Part shown: positions 27,920 to 37,994 of the stretch, in pieces | Layout: each line of letters starts with the position of its first letter | Position numbering within the stretch: position 1 is the first letter of the stretch | Assembly (NCBI GenBank): GCA_964497185.1 | Contig: CAZCBX010000010.1 | Location: 33,176 to 97,175, forward strand | DNA: 64,000 nucleotides | Direction of reading: 5' to 3' | Source of the DNA: an uncultured Bdellovibrionales bacterium | Lineage (GTDB): Bacteria; Bdellovibrionota_G; JALEGL01; JAGRMV01 | Program-made: the position numbers and the translations under genes | The notes under the pieces: model-generated | Databases searched by the model: none | What the model was told of the DNA's origin: nothing | The model's input: only the letters and a program-made list of their open reading frames with translations

Positions 27920-29380
27920 TCAATCCTCACCCTGAGCCATACTATAAGCCCGCTCACCATCAAACTCCCATAGCTTTTCAATATGCATCCACTCAAAAGT
28001 TTCAGCGATTTTCTGCGTCAGGCCCAAAATGTCTTGATGGGTGGCTTGGGTGCCTTGCTCTCGAACAATAAAGCGACAACGCCAATGATCAATGCAGTCT
28101 GTATAAGCGCCCATGTCTGGATACACTTTGGTACCGCGATTCGAAATCATTTTTAATTTAAGCTTGGTGTCCGCACAAATCTGATCCAACGTTTCACCCA
28201 CCACTTGACTGGGTTTTTCGCTGTCGACGAAAATATCCGCCCCCACACATACGCGATCATCGGTTTTGACAAAATCAATGTCGGGTGAGACTTCGGGCAT
28301 TTTGATTTGTTGCACTTCGCGTTGGGTCCAGTTGCTGGGAGCTTGGCCCAAATTGTCGATCACTGCTTGGGTGAAGGCATCGGTGCCCACACAGCCTTGC
28401 GTGTTTACATCGCCTGTGTATACACCTTGCTCCAGTGTATACAGGAGCGATTGTTGAATTTGGTCAGCGGCTTTCATTTCTCCGATGTGGCGAAGCATCA
28501 TCACACCCGCGAGCAATAGGGCTGTGGGGTTGGCCAGATTTTTGCCTGCGATGTCTGGGGCGCTTCCGTGAACCGCTTCGAACATGGCGGCGCGTTGTCC
28601 GATATTGGCGCTGGGAGCGAAGCCCAAGCCACCGATGAGGCCTGAGGTTAGATCGGAAAGAATGTCGCCGTTCATGTTGGTGGTGACAATGACATCAAAG
28701 GCTTCGGGGTAGCGAACCATTTGATGCGCACAATTGTCGATGATGATGTGGTCGGCTTCGATGCTCGGATACTCGGGCGCGATGTCTTCAAAAGTTTTTT
28801 TCAGCAGACCTTCGGTGAATTTCATGATGTTGGCTTTGGTGGCGCAGGTTACTTTTTTTCTTCCTTCGGCCACTGCAAATTCAAACGCAAGGCGAACAAT
28901 TTTTTCGCAGCCTTTTCGGGTGATGAGTTTAAGACATTGTGCCACGCCGGGGGTTTGCATGTGCTCGATGCCCGCATACAAATCTTCCACGTTTTCACGG
29001 ACCACCACGAGGTCAATGTTTCTGCCCGAAAATACGGTTTTGACGCTGGGCAATTCGCGAACAGGCCGAATGTTGCCATAGGTTTCAAAAAGCTTGCGCA
29101 AGGTTACGTTGGCCGATTTTTGACCGAATCCGACAGGCGTTTCCAAAGGGCCTTTAAGGGCAATGCCGTTTGTTTTAATGGAATCCAGTGTTTCGGAAGG
29201 TACGCCCGATTGGACGCCTTTTTCAAAAACCTTTTTGCCCGCCAGTTGGCGATCCCAGGTGACTTTTGCACCCGAGGCTTCGATGACTTTGCATGAGGCC
29301 TCTACCACTTCGGGACCGATGCCGTCGCCTTCAATAAGAGTGATGATTACGTTGTTGTTTTCGTCTCGTTGTAGTTGCAT
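27920..29380 (-). CDS. icd: isocitrate dehydrogenase, long-form NAD-IDH-like with a ~140 aa C-terminal extension
   Basis: IIDNCAHQMV, GSAPDIAGK and the NGDILSD-type isocitrate/isopropylmalate dehydrogenase motifs; 486 aa. Confidence 0.75.
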   Translation of the reverse strand: MQLQRDENNNVIITLIEGDGIGPEVVEASCKVIEASGAKVTWDRQLAGKKVFEKGVQSGVPSETLDSIKTNGIALKGPLETPVGFGQKSANVTLRKLFETYGNIRPVRELPSVKTVFSGRNIDLVVVRENVEDLYAGIEHMQTPGVAQCLKLITRKGCEKIVRLAFEFAVAEGRKKVTCATKANIMKFTEGLLKKTFEDIAPEYPSIEADHIIIDNCAHQMVRYPEAFDVIVTTNMNGDILSDLTSGLIGGLGFAPSANIGQRAAMFEAVHGSAPDIAGKNLANPTALLLAGVMMLRHIGEMKAADQIQQSLLYTLEQGVYTGDVNTQGCVGTDAFTQAVIDNLGQAPSNWTQREVQQIKMPEVSPDIDFVKTDDRVCVGADIFVDSEKPSQVVGETLDQICADTKLKLKMISNRGTKVYPDMGAYTDCIDHWRCRFIVREQGTQATHQDILGLTQKIAETFEWMHIEKLWEFDGERAYSMAQGED

Positions 29381-29498
29381 GATGCTCGATCTTTTATACG
29401 AAATGGACCGGAAAGCAAGTCAGCTCGTAAAAAACCGTATGGATGGATGAGCGGCAGAGTTTTTCTTATGGAAATCGCTTTTATGGCTTGTTTTTGGT

Positions 29499-30365
29499 AT
29501 GCACAAAACCATGATTTCGATTACGCCTGTTCGCATTGATTTGGGCCAAGGGGCTTTCGTGCAACGCGCACTGCCCATGGATGCCATGGAGGCCATTGGA
29601 CCCTTTGTTTTTTTTGATCACATTGGCCCGGTTCCACACAAGACAGGCGATGAAATTCAAGTGCGGGCCCATCCACACATTGGTTTGGCCACCATCACCT
29701 ACTTGTTTTCGGGTGAACTCGTGCATCGAGACAGTTTGGGCAACAAACAAGTGATTGTGCCCGGAGAGGTCAATTGGATGACGGCTGGGTCAGGCATAGC
29801 CCACAGCGAACGATCCCAAATGCCTCAAAAAGGAAGTGCATTGGAGGGCATTCAAATATGGGTAGGCCTGCCCAAAGACAAGCAAGAAATGGCGCCCAGT
29901 TTTCAACATTACCCGGCCGATGCCGTGCCCACCGTGCGGCAAGATCGAGCCACCTGGCATGTGGTGGCCGGCGGTATGTTTGGTCAAACCTCTCCAGTCA
30001 AAACAGTGTCGCGGTTGTTCTATGCGCAGGGTCAATTGAAGGAAGGTTATGCTGCGTGTTTGCCCATGGATGCTACAGATCAATGGGGTTTATACCTGGT
30101 CCGTGGCCAAGTGCAGGTGGAAGATCAAGTGGTGAAGGCCAACCACTTATTAACCGGCCAAGGAGAAAGCCAGTTACACTTAAAAAGCAGCACCGATGCG
30201 CACGTCATTTTTTTTGGTGGGCCACCATTTCCAGAAAAAAGACACAAATGGTGGAATTTTGTATCCACCAGCAAGGATCGAATCGAACAAGCCAAGCAGG
30301 ATTGGCGCAAAGGTCTTTTTGCCAAAGTCGTAGACGAGGGTGAAGAGATTCCTTTGCCGGAGTGA
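29499..30365 (+). CDS. pirin family protein
   Basis: Bicupin with an N-terminal HPHIGLATITYLFSGELVHRDSLG motif (metal-binding His cluster). Confidence 0.8.
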   Translation: MHKTMISITPVRIDLGQGAFVQRALPMDAMEAIGPFVFFDHIGPVPHKTGDEIQVRAHPHIGLATITYLFSGELVHRDSLGNKQVIVPGEVNWMTAGSGIAHSERSQMPQKGSALEGIQIWVGLPKDKQEMAPSFQHYPADAVPTVRQDRATWHVVAGGMFGQTSPVKTVSRLFYAQGQLKEGYAACLPMDATDQWGLYLVRGQVQVEDQVVKANHLLTGQGESQLHLKSSTDAHVIFFGGPPFPEKRHKWWNFVSTSKDRIEQAKQDWRKGLFAKVVDEGEEIPLPE

Positions 30366-30371
30366 CCGACC

Positions 30372-31004
30372 ATGGCCATGAAGAAACCATTTTCCCCAGC
30401 TGCCCAGCGCAATCAACAAGCCATTTTGGAAGTGCTGCAGGATTACATTGATTCTTCGGTCACCAACTTACTTGAATTTGGTGCAGGCACGGGCCAGCAT
30501 GCGGTGTACATGGCTCCTTTTTTTTCGGAAACCACATGGGTGGTGTCGGATATTGCAGGCAAACATGCGGGCATACGGATGTGGCTAAAAGAAAATCCCG
30601 CCGCCAACATTGAGGGACCGATTGCCTTTAAAGTGGGCAGTCATCCATTTCCCACGGATCGTTGGTATCAAGCATTTTATACAGCCAACACCTTTCACAT
30701 CATGCCCTGGAAAAAAGTTAAAACCTTGATCAAAATGCTGGGACATCGGCTGCGCGAAGGTTCAAAAGTATTCATTTATGGCCCTTTTCGGGATGGGTCG
30801 GATTACCGCGGACAAAGCAATGTTGATTTTGATCAGGCGCTGAAACAGCAAGACCCTGCCATGGGCATACGGGACGAAAACGATGTGATTCAGACCATGT
30901 TTAAACAAGGCTTTGATCTACTGGAAAATAGAGCGATGCCCGCCAACAATCGCATCTTGGTGTTTGAGCGGTTGGAACACATTTCAGACCATCTGAAAGC
31001 GTAA
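30372..31004 (+). CDS. DUF938 domain protein (SAM-methyltransferase-like)
   Basis: KPFSPAAQRNQQAILEVL N-terminus and LEFGAGTGQHAVY Rossmann-like motif; 210 aa. Confidence 0.5.
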   Translation: MAMKKPFSPAAQRNQQAILEVLQDYIDSSVTNLLEFGAGTGQHAVYMAPFFSETTWVVSDIAGKHAGIRMWLKENPAANIEGPIAFKVGSHPFPTDRWYQAFYTANTFHIMPWKKVKTLIKMLGHRLREGSKVFIYGPFRDGSDYRGQSNVDFDQALKQQDPAMGIRDENDVIQTMFKQGFDLLENRAMPANNRILVFERLEHISDHLKA

Positions 31005-31070
31005 CCACTGGCGCATTTTGCATGGCGTAAATGGCTTGAAAAAGCAGTGAATTATTGATATGTTGCGTCA

Positions 31071-32267
31071 ATGAAGAATTTTTTCACTTTTATCATTTTA
31101 TCCATGGGCCTAACCGCTTCGGCCCATGCACAAGAGCCCATATCCTTTACGCTGGTGGGAGAAATTGCCAATGCCCAAACTTCCAAGGTTCACTCATCGA
31201 CGATTTTGCGATGTCATGCCCAAAGTGGCTGCCCCAAATATTTGCTCAATGAAAATCACTTTGAATCTTACTTTCAATACAACCGAGATATTTTGATCGA
31301 CAGAGATGGCGCGCAGTTTCGTCTGCCTGACTTCATCCTTAAAGGTGATCAAATGAATGTTTTTTTCTTTGATGCCCTGGGCCGCATGGCCAAAGTTCAT
31401 GTTACCAGGGATTTGATCCAAGACGCAATGGTGGATGCGGGGAGCATTGTGCTTCAAGAGACTGTTCAGGTCTCTGGTCAGGTGCGTTCAAGCTTTGCGG
31501 ATACGACACTGGACCTAAGCCAAATGACCATCATGGTTTCAGAAGTGAAAGCAAAAGGGGCTTTATTGTTAACCGCCGTTTCTCAAGCCACGGCCAACAA
31601 CCAATTTCATTTGAATCTTTTGCCTGGTCGCTACACCATTTTTTTTGATGCGCCGGATACATCCGATCGTTGGTTGCGAACCATTGAAACCATTGACGTC
31701 GAGGCTCAGCCCATCCATATCGAAGAAGTGTCTTTTGAAACGCCCATGGATGCTTTGATGGAGCAAAAAGCTTCTTTGTCACAAGTGTTGAAAGATTTTA
31801 ACAAGCATCAGCTCACGCCCGATCAAATTCAAGTCTATGAGCAAATCTTGCAAGCAGAAGGCAAAACGTTGGTGTATTTTACAGCCGGCTATTGTGGCCC
31901 ATGCCTTGGCAAAGATGGGTTGGCACATTACATCAACCTTGCCCATGCTTCAAACGCTGATTTTTCTGTGCTGGGCATCCACTCTGATTCGTACGGCGTC
32001 CTCAAAAATTGCCCACAAAGTCAAGATGAGATGGAAGATTATCTGGATCACAGAGAAACCTGGACGCACATTGCAAAGAGTTATCAAAAAGCCAAACAAG
32101 CCCAAGCACCTGTTCTGCTTGCGTATCAGGCACCGTCGTTGGCGAAAAACTTAGAAATCGTTGGCTACCCAACGATGCTGGTGTTTCAAGATGGCAAGCT
32201 TCAAGATTGGTTTACCGGCAGCAGCGATGAGACCAAAGAACTTCTTGAAAAATTATTGCAGCCCTGA
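31071..32267 (+). CDS. secreted thioredoxin-like (TlpA-like) domain protein
   Basis: Signal peptide MKNFFTFIILSMGLTASAHA; C-terminal thioredoxin fold with a CGPC active site (VYFTAGYCGPCLGK). Confidence 0.5.
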   Translation: MKNFFTFIILSMGLTASAHAQEPISFTLVGEIANAQTSKVHSSTILRCHAQSGCPKYLLNENHFESYFQYNRDILIDRDGAQFRLPDFILKGDQMNVFFFDALGRMAKVHVTRDLIQDAMVDAGSIVLQETVQVSGQVRSSFADTTLDLSQMTIMVSEVKAKGALLLTAVSQATANNQFHLNLLPGRYTIFFDAPDTSDRWLRTIETIDVEAQPIHIEEVSFETPMDALMEQKASLSQVLKDFNKHQLTPDQIQVYEQILQAEGKTLVYFTAGYCGPCLGKDGLAHYINLAHASNADFSVLGIHSDSYGVLKNCPQSQDEMEDYLDHRETWTHIAKSYQKAKQAQAPVLLAYQAPSLAKNLEIVGYPTMLVFQDGKLQDWFTGSSDETKELLEKLLQP

Positions 32268-32294
32268 TGAGGGGATCTTGCCATCTTTGGTGCG

Positions 32295-33623
32295 ATGGCA
32301 TACAAAGTGATCATGGATGCAAAGTCGAACATGGATCACTACGTGATACAAGATGTAACCATTTGGAATGCCGATGGCGTGGCAGAGCATCAAGACCTTG
32401 CAATCGCCCATCATAGAGTTCAATCCATTCAAGATACCAAGCCAGACCAAAACCATGGCACAACGCAAGTCATTGATGGCAAAGGATTAACTTTGTTGCC
32501 AGCCGGCATTGATTTGCACGTGCATTTGCGAGTGCCGGGACAACCTGAAAAAGAAACCCCCGAGACCGGTTTAAAAGCAGCCATGCATGGTGGGTATGGC
32601 GTGGTCATGACGATGCCCAATACCTATCCTGTCATCGATGGTTTGGAAGCGCTGGAAGAAGGCAGAGCACAAATGCAAGCCTGGGAAGAGAAAACGGGTG
32701 TTCAAGTATATTGGACCTCGTGTATCACCGAGCGCATGGATGGGCAAAAATGCGTTGATTTTGATGCCATGGCCCAAGCGGGCGTTCGCGCATTTACCGA
32801 TGATGGCAAGGGCGTGGACTCGGATGATGTGATGCGAGAAGCCTTGGCGTATTCGGCAGCATCGGGCATGCCCATTTTGCAGCACGCAGAATTTTCTGGG
32901 CATGGCGGGGTGATTGCGCCTTGTGATGTGCAGAAAAAACTAAAAGTGGGGGCATATCCGGCTGAGCCTGAGTGGACCATGGTGGAGAGAGACCTTCAAC
33001 TGCTCGAATCGTTTCCCAAAGCGCGTTATCATGTGCTTCATATTTCAAGTGAAAAAACTGTGGCATTGCTTCGACAGGCCCAGGCCAAAGGTCTGCAAGC
33101 TACAGGCGAGGTGACCCCGCATCATTTGTACTTTGATGTCACAGCCATTAATCCAGACAATCCCTCATTTAAGATGAATCCACCGCTGAGAGAAGCATCG
33201 GATCAAGCTTTTCTTTGGGAAGGGCTTCGCGATGGCACATTAAGCTACATGGCCACCGACCACGCGCCCCATGAACCAGCGGCCAAACCCAAAGATTTTG
33301 GCTGTTGCGCCTTTGGCACCACAGGTTTGGAAACGGGTTTGCGCGTATTGTTGGATGGTTATCAAAAAGGATGGCTTTCGCCGCCACGTTTGGTGGAAGT
33401 GTTTTCAACCCAACCCGCTGCATTTCTTCATCTGCAAGATACCCATGGTAAAATTGAAGTGGGCAGACCCTTTTATGCTGTACTGGTGGATGCGCAGGCC
33501 CAACCAAAACCCATTGGCCCCGATGACTTGCAAAGCAAATCAAAAAACAATGTTTTTTTGGGTGCGCCATTGGCTGGTCAGATCAAACAAGTTTTTCTAT
33601 CGCACGCCCGTGATTCCCAGTGA
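32295..33623 (+). CDS. pyrC: dihydroorotase (cyclic amidohydrolase)
   Basis: GIDLHVHLRVPG, MTMPNTYP, TPHHLYFD and ATDHAPH motifs of class I dihydroorotase. Confidence 0.7.
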   Translation: MAYKVIMDAKSNMDHYVIQDVTIWNADGVAEHQDLAIAHHRVQSIQDTKPDQNHGTTQVIDGKGLTLLPAGIDLHVHLRVPGQPEKETPETGLKAAMHGGYGVVMTMPNTYPVIDGLEALEEGRAQMQAWEEKTGVQVYWTSCITERMDGQKCVDFDAMAQAGVRAFTDDGKGVDSDDVMREALAYSAASGMPILQHAEFSGHGGVIAPCDVQKKLKVGAYPAEPEWTMVERDLQLLESFPKARYHVLHISSEKTVALLRQAQAKGLQATGEVTPHHLYFDVTAINPDNPSFKMNPPLREASDQAFLWEGLRDGTLSYMATDHAPHEPAAKPKDFGCCAFGTTGLETGLRVLLDGYQKGWLSPPRLVEVFSTQPAAFLHLQDTHGKIEVGRPFYAVLVDAQAQPKPIGPDDLQSKSKNNVFLGAPLAGQIKQVFLSHARDSQ

Positions 33624-33709
33624 GAAAATTTGTGAATTGCTTGTTCCATACAACTTCCCCCATCTACCGTAGCCATGAACCAAAATTTTAAAAGTCACTT
33701 TTTCATTTC

Positions 33710-34960
33710 ATGACCCGTACCCATGACATGGTCGTGATCGGCGGCGGGGCAGCTGGATTTTTTGGCGCCATCCGCGCAGCTCAGTGTGCAAAGGACCAGG
33801 GTCGACCCGTGGACATCCGTTTGTTGGAAGCGTCCTCTCGCTTTTTACAAAAGGTAAAAATATCGGGGGGCGGGCGCTGCAATGTAACCCACCATGATTT
33901 TTCCATTCGTGATTTTGTGGCACGGTATCCACGGGGCCAAAAAGAAATGATTTCGCCCATGCATCAGTTTCAGGCAAAGGACATGGTGCAATGGCTGGAA
34001 CGTCACGGCGTGGTGTTAAAAACAGAAGCCGATGGCCGAATGTTTCCAGTGACCGACCGCTCACAAACGGTGATCGACTGTTTGATGCATCAAGCACAAC
34101 AAAACGGCGTAAAAACCGATCTTCGTGTTCACGTCAACGACATAACGTATCAAAACAAAATCTTTAGCGTTGGGCTTGGGTCGCAAAAAATTCAAGCGAG
34201 GGCGGTATTGCTGGCGACCGGCAGTGCGCCAATGGGCTACAAGCTGGCTTCGCGATTGGGTCACCATATCACTCCAAGGGCGCCATCGTTGTTTAGCTTT
34301 AAAATTGCAGACCCAGACCTTCAGGCCATGCAGGGCATTGCATTTCCACAAGCCAAAATTCATCTCCATTTGCCACAAAAAACCTTTACGCAAGAGGGGC
34401 CCTTGCTGCTAACCCATTGGGGTGTTAGTGGCCCTGTAATTTTAAAACTTTCTGCATGGGCTGCGCGCGAGATGATGGACCAAAATTACAAGGCCAGATT
34501 GGAAATCAATTGGGTCAACCAACCGCCACAAGATGTCTTGGCGCAGTTGGCCGCACTGGCCAAACAATTTCCCAAAGCGGCCATGCAAAATCATCGCCTG
34601 CTCAATACCACGCAGCGCTTTTGGCTTTATTTGTTAAAAAAGAGTGAGGTGGACCCTCAACAACAATGGGCCCAACTGTCCAAAAAACAAAGCCAGGCGA
34701 TCTGCGATTTGTGTACCCGGCAATCTTTATCCATCGAAGGCAAAAACCGTTTTAAAGATGAGTTTGTAGAATGTGGCGGTGTTGATCTTCGCGAAATTGA
34801 CTTGAAAACAATGCAAAGTAAAAAGGTGCCAGGTCTTTATTTTGCTGGAGAGGTGATGGACGTGGATGGACTAACGGGTGGTTTTAATTTGCAACATGCC
34901 TGGACCAGTGGCTTTGTTGCGGGGAGTCATATGGCGCAATCTATTGAAGATATTCGTTAA
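33710..34960 (+). CDS. HI0933/BaiN-like NAD(P)/FAD-dependent oxidoreductase (aminoacetone oxidase family)
   Basis: MVVIGGGAAGFFGA dinucleotide fold, KISGGGRCNVTHH signature, 416 aa. Confidence 0.75.
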   Translation: MTRTHDMVVIGGGAAGFFGAIRAAQCAKDQGRPVDIRLLEASSRFLQKVKISGGGRCNVTHHDFSIRDFVARYPRGQKEMISPMHQFQAKDMVQWLERHGVVLKTEADGRMFPVTDRSQTVIDCLMHQAQQNGVKTDLRVHVNDITYQNKIFSVGLGSQKIQARAVLLATGSAPMGYKLASRLGHHITPRAPSLFSFKIADPDLQAMQGIAFPQAKIHLHLPQKTFTQEGPLLLTHWGVSGPVILKLSAWAAREMMDQNYKARLEINWVNQPPQDVLAQLAALAKQFPKAAMQNHRLLNTTQRFWLYLLKKSEVDPQQQWAQLSKKQSQAICDLCTRQSLSIEGKNRFKDEFVECGGVDLREIDLKTMQSKKVPGLYFAGEVMDVDGLTGGFNLQHAWTSGFVAGSHMAQSIEDIR

Positions 34961-35023
34961 TTTTCCATGCTTTTTTAATTCTTGTTTGACCCCCGTCCGC
35001 CGTGGTAATTCTAAAAGTAGACC

Positions 35024-36127
35024 ATGGAACCATTAAAAAACGTATACAACCGCACCTACATTCAAAAATTGGCTTTGGGGCTCAAAAAAAGCGAACCAAA
35101 GTTTGATGCGGTCGCGTTTGAAAAGGCGGTCTTTGCGGGCGACTGGAAAGATTTAGAGCTGAAAGGTCGGATGCGTCGCATTTCGATTACGATCGGAAAG
35201 TTTCTGCCCAAATATCCACGCGCACTGTCGGTGCTCTTGGATGTTGCCCCTTTCTTTCGAGACTACCACGGAATGTTTATCCCAGACTTTGTGGAAGTGT
35301 ATGGCATGTTGTCCAACCATCGTCGCAAATATTGGGATGTTTCCATTGAGATGCTGGGCGAATACACCAAATATTCATCCTCTGAATTTGCCATTCGTGC
35401 CTTTTTACTGGAGGATTTGAACGGTGTGATGAAACAAATGAAGCTTTGGTCCAAGAGTGAAAATGAACATCAGAGACGGTTAAGCAGTGAAGGCTGCCGC
35501 CCCAGATTGCCCTGGGCCGCGCAACTGCCGGAACTGAGAAAAAACCCCAAACTCATACTTCCAATTTTAGAAAATTTAAAAACCGATCCCTCAATATACG
35601 TTCGTAAAAGCGTGGCCAATAATTTAAATGATATTTCCAAAGACCATCCACAATGGGTGTTGGATGTCGCGCATCGATGGTACGGCGAGAATCTAGAGAC
35701 CGACAAAATTGTGAAACATGGTCTTCGCACGCTTTTAAAGCAAGGCAACCAAAAAGCCATTGGTTTACTGGGGTATCAAAATGCCAAAGACATTAAAGTA
35801 AAAGATTTTGTGCTTCGCACCCCGGTGGTTACTTTGGGCCAAGCACTGGACTTTTCATTTTCTTTTGAAATGCAGAAAAAAGGAAAAGTTCGTTTGGAAT
35901 ACGGAATTTATTATTTGCGCAAGAACGGTCAACACAACAAAAAAGTGTTTAAGATCAGCGAAGGCGATTTTGATACGGGCGTTTATCAATATGACCGCAA
36001 GCAAGCATTCCGAAAAATATCAACCCGTCGGCATTATGCTGGAAGCCACAAAGTTTCATTGATACTTAATGGGGAAGAAAAATGGCTTCATGAATTTGAC
36101 GTGCAGCCTCCTTCGCCCAACTCGTAA
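35024..36127 (+). CDS. DNA alkylation repair protein (AlkC/AlkD-like HEAT-repeat) with a C-terminal extension
   Basis: DPSIYVRKSVANNLNDISKDHPQWV motif characteristic of PF08713. Confidence 0.55.
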   Translation: MEPLKNVYNRTYIQKLALGLKKSEPKFDAVAFEKAVFAGDWKDLELKGRMRRISITIGKFLPKYPRALSVLLDVAPFFRDYHGMFIPDFVEVYGMLSNHRRKYWDVSIEMLGEYTKYSSSEFAIRAFLLEDLNGVMKQMKLWSKSENEHQRRLSSEGCRPRLPWAAQLPELRKNPKLILPILENLKTDPSIYVRKSVANNLNDISKDHPQWVLDVAHRWYGENLETDKIVKHGLRTLLKQGNQKAIGLLGYQNAKDIKVKDFVLRTPVVTLGQALDFSFSFEMQKKGKVRLEYGIYYLRKNGQHNKKVFKISEGDFDTGVYQYDRKQAFRKISTRRHYAGSHKVSLILNGEEKWLHEFDVQPPSPNS

Positions 36128-36173
36128 CACTCGAATCATTGGTGATTGCCGGCGATCATGATAAAACAGCTTC

Positions 36174-37100
36174 ATGAGTCGCCCTTTGCCCAAATTTTCA
36201 GACCCGAAATGGACGGCAGATGGACAAGCGCGCGCATGGGTAGAGCCTACCCAGCTTCAAACACTTTGGTTAAACACGGGAACGCAATGCAATCTTGCCT
36301 GCAAACATTGCTACATTGAATCCTCGCCCATTAACGATCGATTGGTGTATCTGACCATGCAAGATATTCAGCCCTACTTGGATGAAATTCAAGCGCATCA
36401 TCACACGCCACGGGAAATAGGTCTAACCGGTGGTGAACCATTTTTAAACCCAGCCATCATGAATATTTTGCAAAGCTTATGCGCGCAGGGCTACAGCATT
36501 TTAATCTTAACCAACGCGATGAAACCCCTGCAAAAAAAGATCAACGCGTTGAAAGATTTGTCTCAAAAGTATCCCAAAAAGCTTTCATTTCGAGTCTCAG
36601 TGGATCATTACACCCAGCAAGTCCACGAGCAAGAACGAGGTCCTCGGTCGTGGCAGCCCATGGTTGAGGGGATTCATGCGCTTTTTCAAGCCAATATGCA
36701 GGTGTCTATTGCTGGAAGATCGCTGACCGATGAGTCGCAAGCGCAAGTATTAAAAGGCTATCAAAAGCTTTTTGATCGGGAGCAATGGCCTTTGCAAGCC
36801 GAAGATTCTACTGACTTGATTGTGTTTGCAGAAATGGAGCCCAACGCCCAAGTCCCTGAAATTACCACTGGATGTTGGTCTATTTTGGGCAAAGATCCGA
36901 AAGACATCATGTGCGCCAGTTCGCGCATGATTGTCAAAAGAAAAGGGAAAAAACAGCCCGAAGTCATTGCTTGCACTTTGCTGCCTTATGAAGAAGAATT
37001 TTCACTGGGCACCACGTTTCAACAAGCGTGGCAGCCTGTTTATTTAAATCACGTTCACTGCGCTACATTTTGTGTGCTGGGTGGATCATCTTGCAGTTAA
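36174..37100 (+). CDS. radical SAM / Cys-rich domain protein (ArsS-like, TIGR04167-type)
   Basis: CNLACKHC (CxxxCxxC) near the N-terminus, GGEPFLNP motif, and a Cys-rich C-terminal tail (CWSILG...CASS...CTLL...HCATFCVLGGSSCS). Confidence 0.55.
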   Translation: MSRPLPKFSDPKWTADGQARAWVEPTQLQTLWLNTGTQCNLACKHCYIESSPINDRLVYLTMQDIQPYLDEIQAHHHTPREIGLTGGEPFLNPAIMNILQSLCAQGYSILILTNAMKPLQKKINALKDLSQKYPKKLSFRVSVDHYTQQVHEQERGPRSWQPMVEGIHALFQANMQVSIAGRSLTDESQAQVLKGYQKLFDREQWPLQAEDSTDLIVFAEMEPNAQVPEITTGCWSILGKDPKDIMCASSRMIVKRKGKKQPEVIACTLLPYEEEFSLGTTFQQAWQPVYLNHVHCATFCVLGGSSCS

Positions 37101-37123
37101 ACCAAAAAAACTAGGAGGCTCTT

Positions 37124-37717
37124 ATGTCAGAATCATTGTTTCACAAAAGACTCGAACTCGATCCATTGGCAGATGACTTTTTTATAGAACGTTGGTCCCC
37201 ACGTGCGTTTGAAGCGCATGAGGTGAAAGATCAGACCGTTCAAAAAATAGTGGATGCGGCCCGCTGGGCGCCTTCTTGTTTTAACGAACAACCCTGGCGC
37301 TTTGCCATCAGCACGCAAGACACATTTGATGCTTTTTTATCGCTATTGGTCGAAGCCAATCGAGGCTGGTGTCAGCATGCTTCACGCCTTGGTTTTATTG
37401 CAGCGAAAAAAAATTTTTCACAAAATGGCAAAGCCAACCAGCACGCCTGGTTTGATTGCGGCGCTGCATGGGTGAGTATGGCATTTCAAGCTCAAAGCCT
37501 TGGTTTGCATATGCACGCCATGGCGGGCATTCAAAAAGATAAAATTATATCTCATTTTAACATGGATACAGATCAATACGATGTGGTGTGTGGTTTTGCT
37601 TTGGGTAAACGATCATCGGATTTGTCTACGCTGTCAGAGGACATGAGAGAAAAAGAAGTACCCAATACGCGAAAAAAGCGCGACGAGATTGCATCCATGG
37701 GAGAATTTCCATTTTAA
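37124..37717 (+). CDS. nitroreductase family protein
   Basis: RWSPRAF...APSCFNEQPWRF, typical of FMN-dependent nitroreductases. Confidence 0.75.
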   Translation: MSESLFHKRLELDPLADDFFIERWSPRAFEAHEVKDQTVQKIVDAARWAPSCFNEQPWRFAISTQDTFDAFLSLLVEANRGWCQHASRLGFIAAKKNFSQNGKANQHAWFDCGAAWVSMAFQAQSLGLHMHAMAGIQKDKIISHFNMDTDQYDVVCGFALGKRSSDLSTLSEDMREKEVPNTRKKRDEIASMGEFPF

Positions 37718-37721
37718 AAAC

Positions 37722-37994
37722 TTACGTTTTTTTATTTCGTAAACTTTCCAGCTGTTTGAGCAATTTTTCTTTTTGGCTCTGAGGGATTTTGCGCCAATCC
37801 GTGTCAGTAAGCGCACCCTCCAAAGATAAGAGGTAATAACAAACAGGAAGATGATGGGGATGCGCTTTGCGTGCCATTTTTAAATAAGCTTTGACCGGGC
37901 CCATCTTTTGAAGCGCTTTGCGGTTGCGGATGCCAATGTTGGTGAGCTTTTCAGCGATGGTTGGGCCTATGTTGGTTAAGCTGGTTAAACTCAT
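37722..37994 (-). CDS. TfoX C-terminal-domain protein (stand-alone)
   Basis: LTSLTNIGPTIAEKLTNIGIRNRKAL...GALTDTDWRKIP matches the TfoX/Sxy C-terminal HhH-like domain; 90 aa. Confidence 0.5.
   Translation of the reverse strand: MSLTSLTNIGPTIAEKLTNIGIRNRKALQKMGPVKAYLKMARKAHPHHLPVCYYLLSLEGALTDTDWRKIPQSQKEKLLKQLESLRNKKT

Noticed and set aside
28721-29296. 191-aa plus-strand ORF plus several other 60-115 aa frames
   Set aside because: All are antisense or alternative frames within the isocitrate dehydrogenase gene, which has clear IDH motifs.
29774-30343. 189-aa Arg/Gly-rich ORF
   Set aside because: It is an alternative frame of the pirin gene. The composition is typical of out-of-frame translation of GC-rich coding sequence.
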